This document shows, piece by piece, positions 56,637-64,000 of a stretch of 64,000 bases of DNA. The position numbers and the translations under genes were made by a program. Source of the DNA: a virus; the IMG/VR virus record IMGVR_UViG_3300020469_000010; one strand, written 5' to 3'. How positions within the stretch are numbered: position 1 is the first letter of the stretch; each line of letters starts with the position of its first letter. The notes beneath the pieces are model-generated. The model was not told where the DNA came from. It searched no databases and saw nothing but the letters and a program-made list of their open reading frames with translations.

Positions 56637-57923
56637 ATGGCAATTTTACAAACCGATGGCCTACAGTTTGGAAATGGTGGTGTAATTGAGACAAAATATT
56701 TTTTAGTCCCACAAACAACTCAGATGTTGTTTTATCAAGCATCTGCACCAACTGGATGGACTAAAAAAACAACACACAATAATAAAGCATTAAGAGTTGT
56801 ATCTGGAACTGGTGCAGGTAGTGGTGGTACTAGTAGTTTTACAAGTATATTCAAGTCCAGTAATACTGTATCAATGTCAGGATCTCATAGTGGATCTGTT
56901 GGCAATACAACATTATCTTTACAACAACTTCCATCACATAGTCATGGTGTTGGAAGTCCATTCAGCGCAGTCAGTTCTGCCGGTACTTCTCCATTCAGAC
57001 AACCACGAAGACAACCTAGATCATACTCTTTCAGGGCTGAATATAGACAACCAAGAAACTTTCGAGCTTCAGTTGCTTTCAGACGACCAATTCAGTTTAG
57101 ACAACCAAGAAATAGTCAAGTTGCAATTAGGCAAAGAAGAGACGTCAGATTTAGAAATGAACTTGAAATAAGATCAAGAAATCCGTTTAGATATAGAAGT
57201 CCATACAGACAACCAAGATCTTATAATACAACTGTATCAGTAAGATACAGGCAACCATTTAATAATAGAGTTGATTCTGGTAGAAATAGAAGTCCATCTA
57301 GACAAAGACGTTCTGTCAATTTTACAGTCAATCAAAGAAGGGAAGATAGGGGAAGAAGACGAGATCTAAAACGCAGAAGAAATCAGAGAAGAAGAACTGA
57401 TGTTCGTTTTAGATTGTCAGCTCGAGTAAGAGTTAATCAACGAAGAAGAAGCAACTTCAGACAAAGAAGACAGACTACTACTAACCAACCGGCAAGACAG
57501 AGAAGAGATGCTCGGCAGCCGAGAAGTTATAGTAATCAGGCTGATGTGAGACAAAGAAGATCTGACAGACAAAGAAGAGATGTCCCACAGCGTGCTAGGT
57601 ATCAAGGAAGGTTAAGAGTTGAAATTAGACAACCACGCAGATATCAAGCCTTTGTAGAATTTAGACAAAGTGCTGCTTATAGGCAACCAAGAACTTTCAG
57701 ACTAGCAAGAAGATACCCAGCAACAAATAATAATAGAGCAAATCAAAGAATATTGACACCCGGTGGAACTATTAGAGGAGTTAATACTCAAGGACCTGCA
57801 ACTTCGTCGGCTGGTGGAGGTTCATCTCATAATCATCCGTTTAATGGACAATCTTTCTCAACATCTTTAGGTCTTGATATAAGATTACAGTATATTGATG
57901 TTATTATGTGCTCTTTTAACTAG
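56637..57923 (+). CDS. Tail-collar/needle-type fibre protein with ~250-aa Arg-rich insert
   Basis: Same N- and C-terminal scaffold as upstream paralog; RQPR/RQRR-rich insert between the HSH and HNH motifs. Confidence 0.75.
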   Translation: MAILQTDGLQFGNGGVIETKYFLVPQTTQMLFYQASAPTGWTKKTTHNNKALRVVSGTGAGSGGTSSFTSIFKSSNTVSMSGSHSGSVGNTTLSLQQLPSHSHGVGSPFSAVSSAGTSPFRQPRRQPRSYSFRAEYRQPRNFRASVAFRRPIQFRQPRNSQVAIRQRRDVRFRNELEIRSRNPFRYRSPYRQPRSYNTTVSVRYRQPFNNRVDSGRNRSPSRQRRSVNFTVNQRREDRGRRRDLKRRRNQRRRTDVRFRLSARVRVNQRRRSNFRQRRQTTTNQPARQRRDARQPRSYSNQADVRQRRSDRQRRDVPQRARYQGRLRVEIRQPRRYQAFVEFRQSAAYRQPRTFRLARRYPATNNNRANQRILTPGGTIRGVNTQGPATSSAGGGSSHNHPFNGQSFSTSLGLDIRLQYIDVIMCSFN

Positions 57924-57973
57924 ACAAATTGTACATATTCTGATAGACTAAATAAGACAAAGAATTTTTTAGT

Positions 57974-58357
57974 ATGAGTGATGCGTTTGGAAAATGGTGT
58001 CCCTTAATAAGAAAAAACTGTATTGAACATAAGTGTGCTTGGTATATGCGTATTGCTGGACTAGATCCTAATACTGGTCAAGAAATTGATCATTGGGGAT
58101 GTGCAATAAGTTGGATGCCAACTTTACTTATTGAAAACTCACAACAACAGAGGCAAACTGGTGCTGCTGTTGAGTCTTTCCGTAATGAAATGGTCAATGC
58201 AAATGAAAGTAATCAACAAATGTTAGATGCTGTTGGTAACATGTATCTTGATATGTGCGAGCAACAGGGTGTCAATGTTGATCAATATATAGAACCTTTA
58301 GAAGGCATAGATAATAACGAAGAAAACATTTTACCACCTGAAGAGGAAAGACCATGA
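57974..58357 (+). CDS. Conserved Cys-containing protein associated with tail-collar genes
   Basis: CPL....C....CAW...G.DPNTG....WGCA..W.P.LLIENSQQQRQTGAAVESFRNEMV. Confidence 0.7.
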   Translation: MSDAFGKWCPLIRKNCIEHKCAWYMRIAGLDPNTGQEIDHWGCAISWMPTLLIENSQQQRQTGAAVESFRNEMVNANESNQQMLDAVGNMYLDMCEQQGVNVDQYIEPLEGIDNNEENILPPEEERP

Positions 58358-59691
58358 AAATTTCTATTATTCCACAAGATAATCGTATTGTAGTTGATGG
58401 AAAAACTGTAGATCTTGATGATAATGATATTAGGTGGGAATTTGAAGATGAGCATATTCATGCTATTCAGTGGAAAGATAGCATGGGTGAAGTTGAATAT
58501 GAAGATGAAATTGGTAAAGATCCTCTTCCCAATAAATCCTTTGGTCAGGATGAATTTGATACCATTGTTCAACCATACTTGTCTTTCTTTGAAAAATTTC
58601 TAACTGTTACAGAGCAAAATGAACTTGAGGCTATATTAGAAGAAGAAGAGAGATTAGCAAATGATATAAAAGAATCAGATCTTAATAAGATGCAAGAAGA
58701 AGAAAATATTTTAATGATAGAAGATCTTCAGTTACAAAATAAAGAAGTTAGACAAAATTATATGCAAATTGCTGCCGAATTAGGTGATGTTCTTGAAGAG
58801 AAAAAAGTAACTGAACAACAACTTAAACTAGAATATGATAAAGAATTGTTTGAAAAAGATCAATTGCTTAAGCAACAAGAACATGCAAAGATAGAGGAGT
58901 TTTTTAAAAAAAAATCGGCCGATTTTCTTGCAAACTTAGAAAAACTTGAAGAAGATTTTAATTCCCAGAAAGAAAATCTTGCCGAAGAAAAAAAACAATT
59001 TAACGACTATATACAAAAATATAGAGATACTTTAGAAAAAGAAAGTGAAGAAATCAATGAACAATTATTAGAAGGCAAAAGAAATGCAGAAAAAGATAAA
59101 ATTTTAAAAGAAAAGTCACAAGCTAATGCTGAAGAGTCAATGTCTATAATGAGGGCAGCAAATGAATTAGAACAGCAAAGTATGGAATTGGCATTTGAAG
59201 AATTGGAGTTAGAAAAAACTCGTTTACGGAATGAAAGAAGATTGGAAATTGAACGAATCAAACTTCTTGAAGATGAACTAGAAAAAGAAAAGGAAAATAT
59301 TGAACTGTCATACATCCAAGAAAGAGAAGAAATACTTAAGTATGATATGAAAGATGATGCAGAACTTACATTCTATCAGTGGCAATTAAAAGATACTGCT
59401 GAACTTGAAGCTGATTATATTAAAAAACAACAAGATAAATTCGACGATTACATTGCTGAGCGGGAAGGAACCTATAGAGATATTGAAGAACGCGTTCGTC
59501 TTAAAGAAATTGAAGGGAAATCTGAACTTAAAGAAGTTGAAGATGTTTCATCCATCCTTGATGAAATTAATCCAGAGGAATTTTATCAATCTCTTACAGA
59601 TGATCAAAGAGATTCAAATAGTTTTCCGGTAGAAAAAGCAACTGCTTGGTTTAAAAAACTAAAAGAGGTAATGGAAAAGAATGAATCTTGA
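58354..59691 (+). CDS. Tail-fibre-assembly-like N-domain fused to long acidic coiled coil
   Basis: IIPQD..IVVDG...IHAIQW....GEVEY then Glu/Lys-rich helical region. Confidence 0.6.
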   Translation: MKISIIPQDNRIVVDGKTVDLDDNDIRWEFEDEHIHAIQWKDSMGEVEYEDEIGKDPLPNKSFGQDEFDTIVQPYLSFFEKFLTVTEQNELEAILEEEERLANDIKESDLNKMQEEENILMIEDLQLQNKEVRQNYMQIAAELGDVLEEKKVTEQQLKLEYDKELFEKDQLLKQQEHAKIEEFFKKKSADFLANLEKLEEDFNSQKENLAEEKKQFNDYIQKYRDTLEKESEEINEQLLEGKRNAEKDKILKEKSQANAEESMSIMRAANELEQQSMELAFEELELEKTRLRNERRLEIERIKLLEDELEKEKENIELSYIQEREEILKYDMKDDAELTFYQWQLKDTAELEADYIKKQQDKFDDYIAEREGTYRDIEERVRLKEIEGKSELKEVEDVSSILDEINPEEFYQSLTDDQRDSNSFPVEKATAWFKKLKEVMEKNES

Positions 59692-61135
59692 TTTGTTGAG
59701 GAACAACTATTTGGTTGTTCCAAATTTTATTACCAAAAAAGAAGCATTAAAATTAAAGACGGAATTTGAATTAACAGATGAAGTTTTTGAATTTTCCGGT
59801 GATGAACAGGCACCTAATTCATCATCAATATATAATTATCTTCCTGCGTTAGAACTTTTAGCAAATAAAACATCACATGTATCTGAAATTATAGGTGAAA
59901 CTGTTTTACCAACTTATGTTTACTCCAGAATTTATCATAATGGGAGTGAATTAGTAAAACATACAGATCGTCCAGCATGTGAAATATCTTTAACTCTACA
60001 TCTTGGTGGAGATAAACCTTGGGCAATTTGGATAAAAACACCTAATAATAAAAATAAGTGTGTAAATTTGAATCCAGGTGATGCTATGCTATACTTGGGT
60101 TGCATTGCTCCACATTGGAGAGATACTTTTGAGGGAGATAATTATACACAGTTTTTCTTACATTATGTTAGGAGTCGTGGATGTTGTAATAGTGTTTATT
60201 TTGATAAACATGATAATGACAGTGATTTACCATCAAACCATAAATTGAATCATTTTTTAGAAAAGGAGTATGAACAAATGGGAAGACTTATTATACCAAG
60301 AAAATGGGAAGAATGTGATGAATTACTAAATGAATTTAATGAAAATAATCTTGAAATAGTTGATTCTGATTCGGAGTCGCAATATATTGATTTTGATGAT
60401 TCAAAATCAAAAATTTTTAGTAAACAAAAAGAACCTAAAATTGAACCCAAGTCAGAAGAATATTTTGATTTTGATGAAGTAGTAATTATCAACAAAAAAT
60501 ATGAGAAGAATTTTGTTGAAACAACTTCTAAAAAAGAGGTAAAAGATGTAAAAGATGCAAAACTTTCAAATAAAAGTTTGCATGAGTTTATACTGCATGT
60601 TGAAAATTGGATTGAACCAGATTTTTGTGATGAATTACTAAATGAATATGCAGATACTAATTTTTGGGAACCAACATTAACTGGTAGTGGATATGATCCA
60701 GGTTCTAGGAAATGTAATGTTATCAATATTTCTGACGAACATATTAAAAATGAAGCAAATACTGAGACTAGAAATGAACTTGACGAGTATCTATTTGAAA
60801 AAGTTTCAAAGTTAATTAACAAATATCAATCTGAGAATGATGATTTCTTGTTAGAAATGCAGGAAGATAGTGGATATGAACTGTTAAAGTATGAAGTTGG
60901 TGATTTTTTCCTTGAACATAGTGATTCTTTCAAAGAAAATCCTAGAGCTTTAACTATAATTTTTGCATTGAATGATAATTATAAAGGTGGTGAAATCGGA
61001 TTTTTCAAAAGAGAGTTAATTTATAGGTTAAATGTTGGAGATGCTATAATTTTTCCAGCTAATTTCATGTATCCACATGAAATTCTTCCAGTTACCGAAG
61101 GAATTAGATTCTCGGTAATTACATGGATTGTTTGA
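59681..61135 (+). CDS. Tandem two-domain 2OG-Fe(II) oxygenase
   Basis: Domain 1 HTDRPACEIS...HWR...FLHY; domain 2 HSD...YKGGE...FPANFMYPHEI...RFSVITW. Confidence 0.85.
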   Translation: MNLDLLRNNYLVVPNFITKKEALKLKTEFELTDEVFEFSGDEQAPNSSSIYNYLPALELLANKTSHVSEIIGETVLPTYVYSRIYHNGSELVKHTDRPACEISLTLHLGGDKPWAIWIKTPNNKNKCVNLNPGDAMLYLGCIAPHWRDTFEGDNYTQFFLHYVRSRGCCNSVYFDKHDNDSDLPSNHKLNHFLEKEYEQMGRLIIPRKWEECDELLNEFNENNLEIVDSDSESQYIDFDDSKSKIFSKQKEPKIEPKSEEYFDFDEVVIINKKYEKNFVETTSKKEVKDVKDAKLSNKSLHEFILHVENWIEPDFCDELLNEYADTNFWEPTLTGSGYDPGSRKCNVINISDEHIKNEANTETRNELDEYLFEKVSKLINKYQSENDDFLLEMQEDSGYELLKYEVGDFFLEHSDSFKENPRALTIIFALNDNYKGGEIGFFKRELIYRLNVGDAIIFPANFMYPHEILPVTEGIRFSVITWIV

Positions 61136-61790
61136 TATGAAAGATACTACATTCATTGGTGTTTATGATAATGTATTTACTAAATTACAATGTAAAGAAA
61201 TTATAGATTATTTTGAACAATCTAACGGTCGAACTATTATAGACAACGATGAAGCAATTCATCATAGAAATGATGAGCAACTTTTTATTCTTGATGACGG
61301 TAATGATGACGATAAAAATTATTCTGGTGATACAAAAATTTTTAATTTAGTCAATGATGGTGTGCAAAAATGTTATGATCTTTATCAAAAACGATACTGG
61401 GTTGTTAAAAAAAATGATTTAACTTTTGACCAAGATCATATTAAAATTCAAAAAACTTTACCTAGAGGTGGTTATCATATTTGGCATTGTGAGATAGATA
61501 GTTTACATATGGTTGACAGATGTTTGGTCTGGTTATTATATCTAAATGACATACCTAAAGGTGAAGGTGAAACAGAATTTTTATGGCAAGGTATTAGAGT
61601 ACAACCAAAAGCAGGGACGATGGTAGTTTGGCCCGCATTTTTCACACATTATCATAGAGGGAACCCCGTTTATTCATGTAGTAAATATATTGCAACTGGT
61701 TGGGGACATTATAGAACTGCCGACGAATGTGTTGAAGACTATTTTGAACGAGAAGAAGAAGACATCAATTTTATTAGGAGAAAAGACTAA
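61128..61790 (+). CDS. 2OG-Fe(II) oxygenase (prolyl-hydroxylase-like)
   Basis: GGYHIWHCE, YLND...GETEF, WPAFFTHYHRGNP, KYIATGW. Confidence 0.88.
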   Translation: MFDMKDTTFIGVYDNVFTKLQCKEIIDYFEQSNGRTIIDNDEAIHHRNDEQLFILDDGNDDDKNYSGDTKIFNLVNDGVQKCYDLYQKRYWVVKKNDLTFDQDHIKIQKTLPRGGYHIWHCEIDSLHMVDRCLVWLLYLNDIPKGEGETEFLWQGIRVQPKAGTMVVWPAFFTHYHRGNPVYSCSKYIATGWGHYRTADECVEDYFEREEEDINFIRRKD

Positions 61791-61990
61791 TGGCGTTATC
61801 AGATCAAGTAAAAGAATCTTTAGATTCAGCAGAATACAATTTAAGAGAAGCACTTGCATTTTCTGCAAGGAATGAAAAACCATTTGTTAATAAAGCAATC
61901 GCAGAAATGATTCAGACTATTGATAATATGGTAAATGCTGATGAATTTTTTGATCAAATGGAACAAATCATAAAATCAAATGATGATTAG
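61790..61990 (+). CDS. Hypothetical cyanophage protein
   Basis: MALSDQVKESL..A...LREALAFSAR.EKP. Confidence 0.65.
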   Translation: MALSDQVKESLDSAEYNLREALAFSARNEKPFVNKAIAEMIQTIDNMVNADEFFDQMEQIIKSNDD

Positions 61991-61995
61991 TTAAT

Positions 61996-62054
61996 GTGTC
62001 AGTTAAACAAACTGTCCACTACTCATTGACTTGAGTGGTGGATTCATGTATATT
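61996..62054 (+). promoter_or_regulatory. Sigma70 promoter with upstream dyad motif
   Basis: GTGTCAGTT-N-AACTGTCCAC then TTGACT(62026)-17-TATATT(62049). Confidence 0.7.
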
Positions 62055-62077
62055 GTAAGAGTCAAAGGAACCCACCC

Positions 62078-62629
62078 ATGCACCTGATTGATTCTTTGGA
62101 AGCAAAAACTGATTGGGGTAAGATTTTTGGTGTGGTCGATTCTCTTTACAATGATAAAGGATTCTCCTCCAATGCTGATAACTTTGCCCGTGCTACTGCC
62201 GTAGAGAAAGCAATAGCAAAGTTTTCTGATCTTGACCGTGTTGATCAAACTGGTTACGATTTTCTTTTTGGTGATAAAAAAGTAGAACTAAAGATGGGTA
62301 AGAATTTGTTCTACAAAAGAAAGGATGTTCATGCTACTAAAAAATTCAAGGTCAAATCTTTTCTAAGTGAAACTAAAACTGTAGAAGATTTCAAGAAAAT
62401 AAAAACATTCGATTACATGATGGTAATTGATCTTACTGCTCGTCGTGTGGTAATTGTTGAAGATGAGAAAGCAAGATCACTCTATCAAGATGGTGCTGAC
62501 GGTGCTATGATTGAACTTAAACTCGGTGACTATTACGAATGTAATCTAGGTGAGTTTGATGTTACTGAACCTCCTGCAAGTTTGTCAGAATCTATCAATA
62601 ACGCCATTGAAGGTTATCTGGACTTCTGA
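62078..62629 (+). CDS. Hypothetical protein, possible PD-(D/E)XK endonuclease
   Basis: E...GYDFLFGDKKVELK motif. Confidence 0.5.
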   Translation: MHLIDSLEAKTDWGKIFGVVDSLYNDKGFSSNADNFARATAVEKAIAKFSDLDRVDQTGYDFLFGDKKVELKMGKNLFYKRKDVHATKKFKVKSFLSETKTVEDFKKIKTFDYMMVIDLTARRVVIVEDEKARSLYQDGADGAMIELKLGDYYECNLGEFDVTEPPASLSESINNAIEGYLDF

Positions 62630-62631
62630 GT

Positions 62632-62689
62632 GTGCCAGTTCATCAAAGTGTCCACTGATCGTTGACAGGGCACTAGGATGTCCTATAAT
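62632..62689 (+). promoter_or_regulatory. Sigma70 promoter with upstream dyad motif
   Basis: GTGCCAGTT-N-AAGTGTCCAC then TTGACA(62662)-16-TATAAT(62684). Confidence 0.7.
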
Positions 62690-62716
62690 ACATTTGTAAT
62701 CAAGGGATGATCCCTA

Positions 62717-63343
62717 ATGCCTCTCACCGCGGAACAAGGTTACAAGATTCGGGAAGAGTATTCCGACATTAAAGAAAAGGAAGTTTGTGAGGCTCATGGT
62801 CTGACACAAATTGGTGGTTCACGCACTAAAATTGATGGTAGTGATGGTGTTAATAACAAAAGCATCAAAAATATGTCAGGATCTTCCACACAGGTTCACT
62901 TAACAACACAGAAACATTTTATCAAAATGTTGAATATCAGTGGTGATGCTGCTGAGTTCATTGCACATTTCTGTGGTAGTGAAGGTTACAACTACAACGG
63001 TAAAGATCGTCGTACAGTTAAACAGATCGATTCTGTGCTGGTTGATGCTTTTAAAAAGTTTCTTGATGCAAACAAGGACAAAATTGTTGATCTTATCATT
63101 CGTAATGGATTTGATATTACATCAGTTGTAATTAAAAATACAAAGACAAATGAAGAATTAGAATTGACCTATCAAGAGATTTGTGATAAGATAAAAGATG
63201 CTCAGTGGGTCTTTCTCAGTGGTGGTATTCACCTAAAAAATGCTGATGGTAAGAGTTACTTTCACTTCCAGCGTGAGGGTAAAAAGAAACTGAGCAATCG
63301 TTACAATGTTCTGTGGCACATTCACCGTAATCTGTTTGTATGA
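62717..63343 (+). CDS. Hypothetical protein, possible type II restriction-endonuclease-like
   Basis: KIDG......SIK...STQVH and HFQREG motifs; ATGA-coupled to a DNA methyltransferase. Confidence 0.5.
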   Translation: MPLTAEQGYKIREEYSDIKEKEVCEAHGLTQIGGSRTKIDGSDGVNNKSIKNMSGSSTQVHLTTQKHFIKMLNISGDAAEFIAHFCGSEGYNYNGKDRRTVKQIDSVLVDAFKKFLDANKDKIVDLIIRNGFDITSVVIKNTKTNEELELTYQEICDKIKDAQWVFLSGGIHLKNADGKSYFHFQREGKKKLSNRYNVLWHIHRNLFV

Positions 63344-64000
63344 TTATCAATAAAGATTGTATTGAAGGTATGAAGGAGATGGAAGAAAGTTCCGTCGATT
63401 GTATTGTCACATCTCCTCCATACAATAAAAAAGGATTACTAGGAAAAGTAACACCTGGCAATCAAATTTGGGGTAAGTTTCAGATCGACTATTCATCTTA
63501 TGGTGATGATATGCCAGAGGATCAATATCAGGCATGGATGATAGAATTTCTGAATGAATGTCATCGTGTGATTAAACCTGAGGGATCTATTTTCTTCAAT
63601 CACAAACCAAGAAGATACAAGAACCGATGTTATCTGCCAACAGATTTTACCAGTCAAAGTGATGCTCAACTCTATCAACTTATCATCTGGGATAGACGCA
63701 ACTCACCAAATATCAGGAATGATGTACTTGTGCCATGCACAGAGCACATTTATTGGTTCTGTAAAAAGAAACCAAGAGTATATCGTAATGCCATAGATCC
63801 TGTATATAAGAGTGAAATATGGGTGATCAATCCTGAACGACAGAAACAACATCCTGCACCATTTCCCCCACAACTGGTAGAGAACTGCATTAAACTTACC
63901 ACACAAGAAGGTGATTTAGTCCTCGATCCTTTCATGGGTTCAGGTACAACTGCTGTTGTATCACAAAAACTTAATAGAAAATGGATGGGATTTGATATTG
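63340..64000 (+). CDS. Beta-class N4-cytosine/N6-adenine DNA methyltransferase (truncated by window end; not in ORF track)
   Basis: DCIEGM...VDCIVTSPPYN (motif IV), HPAPFP, VLDPFMGSGTT (motif I). Confidence 0.92.
   Translation, partial: MIINKDCIEGMKEMEESSVDCIVTSPPYNKKGLLGKVTPGNQIWGKFQIDYSSYGDDMPEDQYQAWMIEFLNECHRVIKPEGSIFFNHKPRRYKNRCYLPTDFTSQSDAQLYQLIIWDRRNSPNIRNDVLVPCTEHIYWFCKKKPRVYRNAIDPVYKSEIWVINPERQKQHPAPFPPQLVENCIKLTTQEGDLVLDPFMGSGTTAVVSQKLNRKWMGFDI

Noticed and set aside
56797-57171. Alternative-frame ORF, and the idea that the Arg-rich insert is a frameshift artefact
   Set aside because: The main frame is open from the conserved N-terminal to the conserved C-terminal scaffold, and repeats are conserved as amino acids with varied codons; the alternative frames are short
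56100-57923. Diversity-generating retroelement TR/VR pair between the paralogous fibre genes
   Set aside because: No reverse transcriptase in the window; differences are not adenine-specific
60250-60822. 190-aa antisense ORF
   Set aside because: Ser/Phe-rich shadow of the Glu/Lys-rich oxygenase linker

Overview
AT-rich segment of a T4-like marine cyanophage (cyanomyovirus) genome. Order: 3' end of psbD, talC, HNH, glutaredoxin and small cyanophage ORFs; a putative nitrogen-sensing cassette (NtcA-like box, sigma70 promoter, two interlocked glutamine-II/Downstream-peptide-type aptamers, one with a 53-codon ORF nested in its stem-loop, then a DUF4278-like peptide); a CP12-like ORF, a ParB-like ORF, thyX and five split carbamoyltransferase genes (3 Kae1-like, 2 YrdC-like halves); phoH, exonuclease, gp33, gp59, gp32; the baseplate/tail block (gp53, gp48, gp2-like, gp4, gp54-like, gp26 and gp51 joined by a -1 slippery site, two tape-measure-like proteins with wall-hydrolase domains, hub, CP12, gp5, cpeT); two atypical tRNAs flanking an unexplained structured RNA; four large tail-fibre/structural genes; an NblA-like ORF and an SF2 helicase; an island of six 2OG-Fe(II) oxygenase genes around two paralogous tail-needle genes, one with a ~250-aa, ~30% Arg insert, next to a very acidic coiled-coil protein; and two nuclease-like ORFs plus a DNA methyltransferase cut by the window end. 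All calls come from motif recognition and hand analysis; no searches were run.
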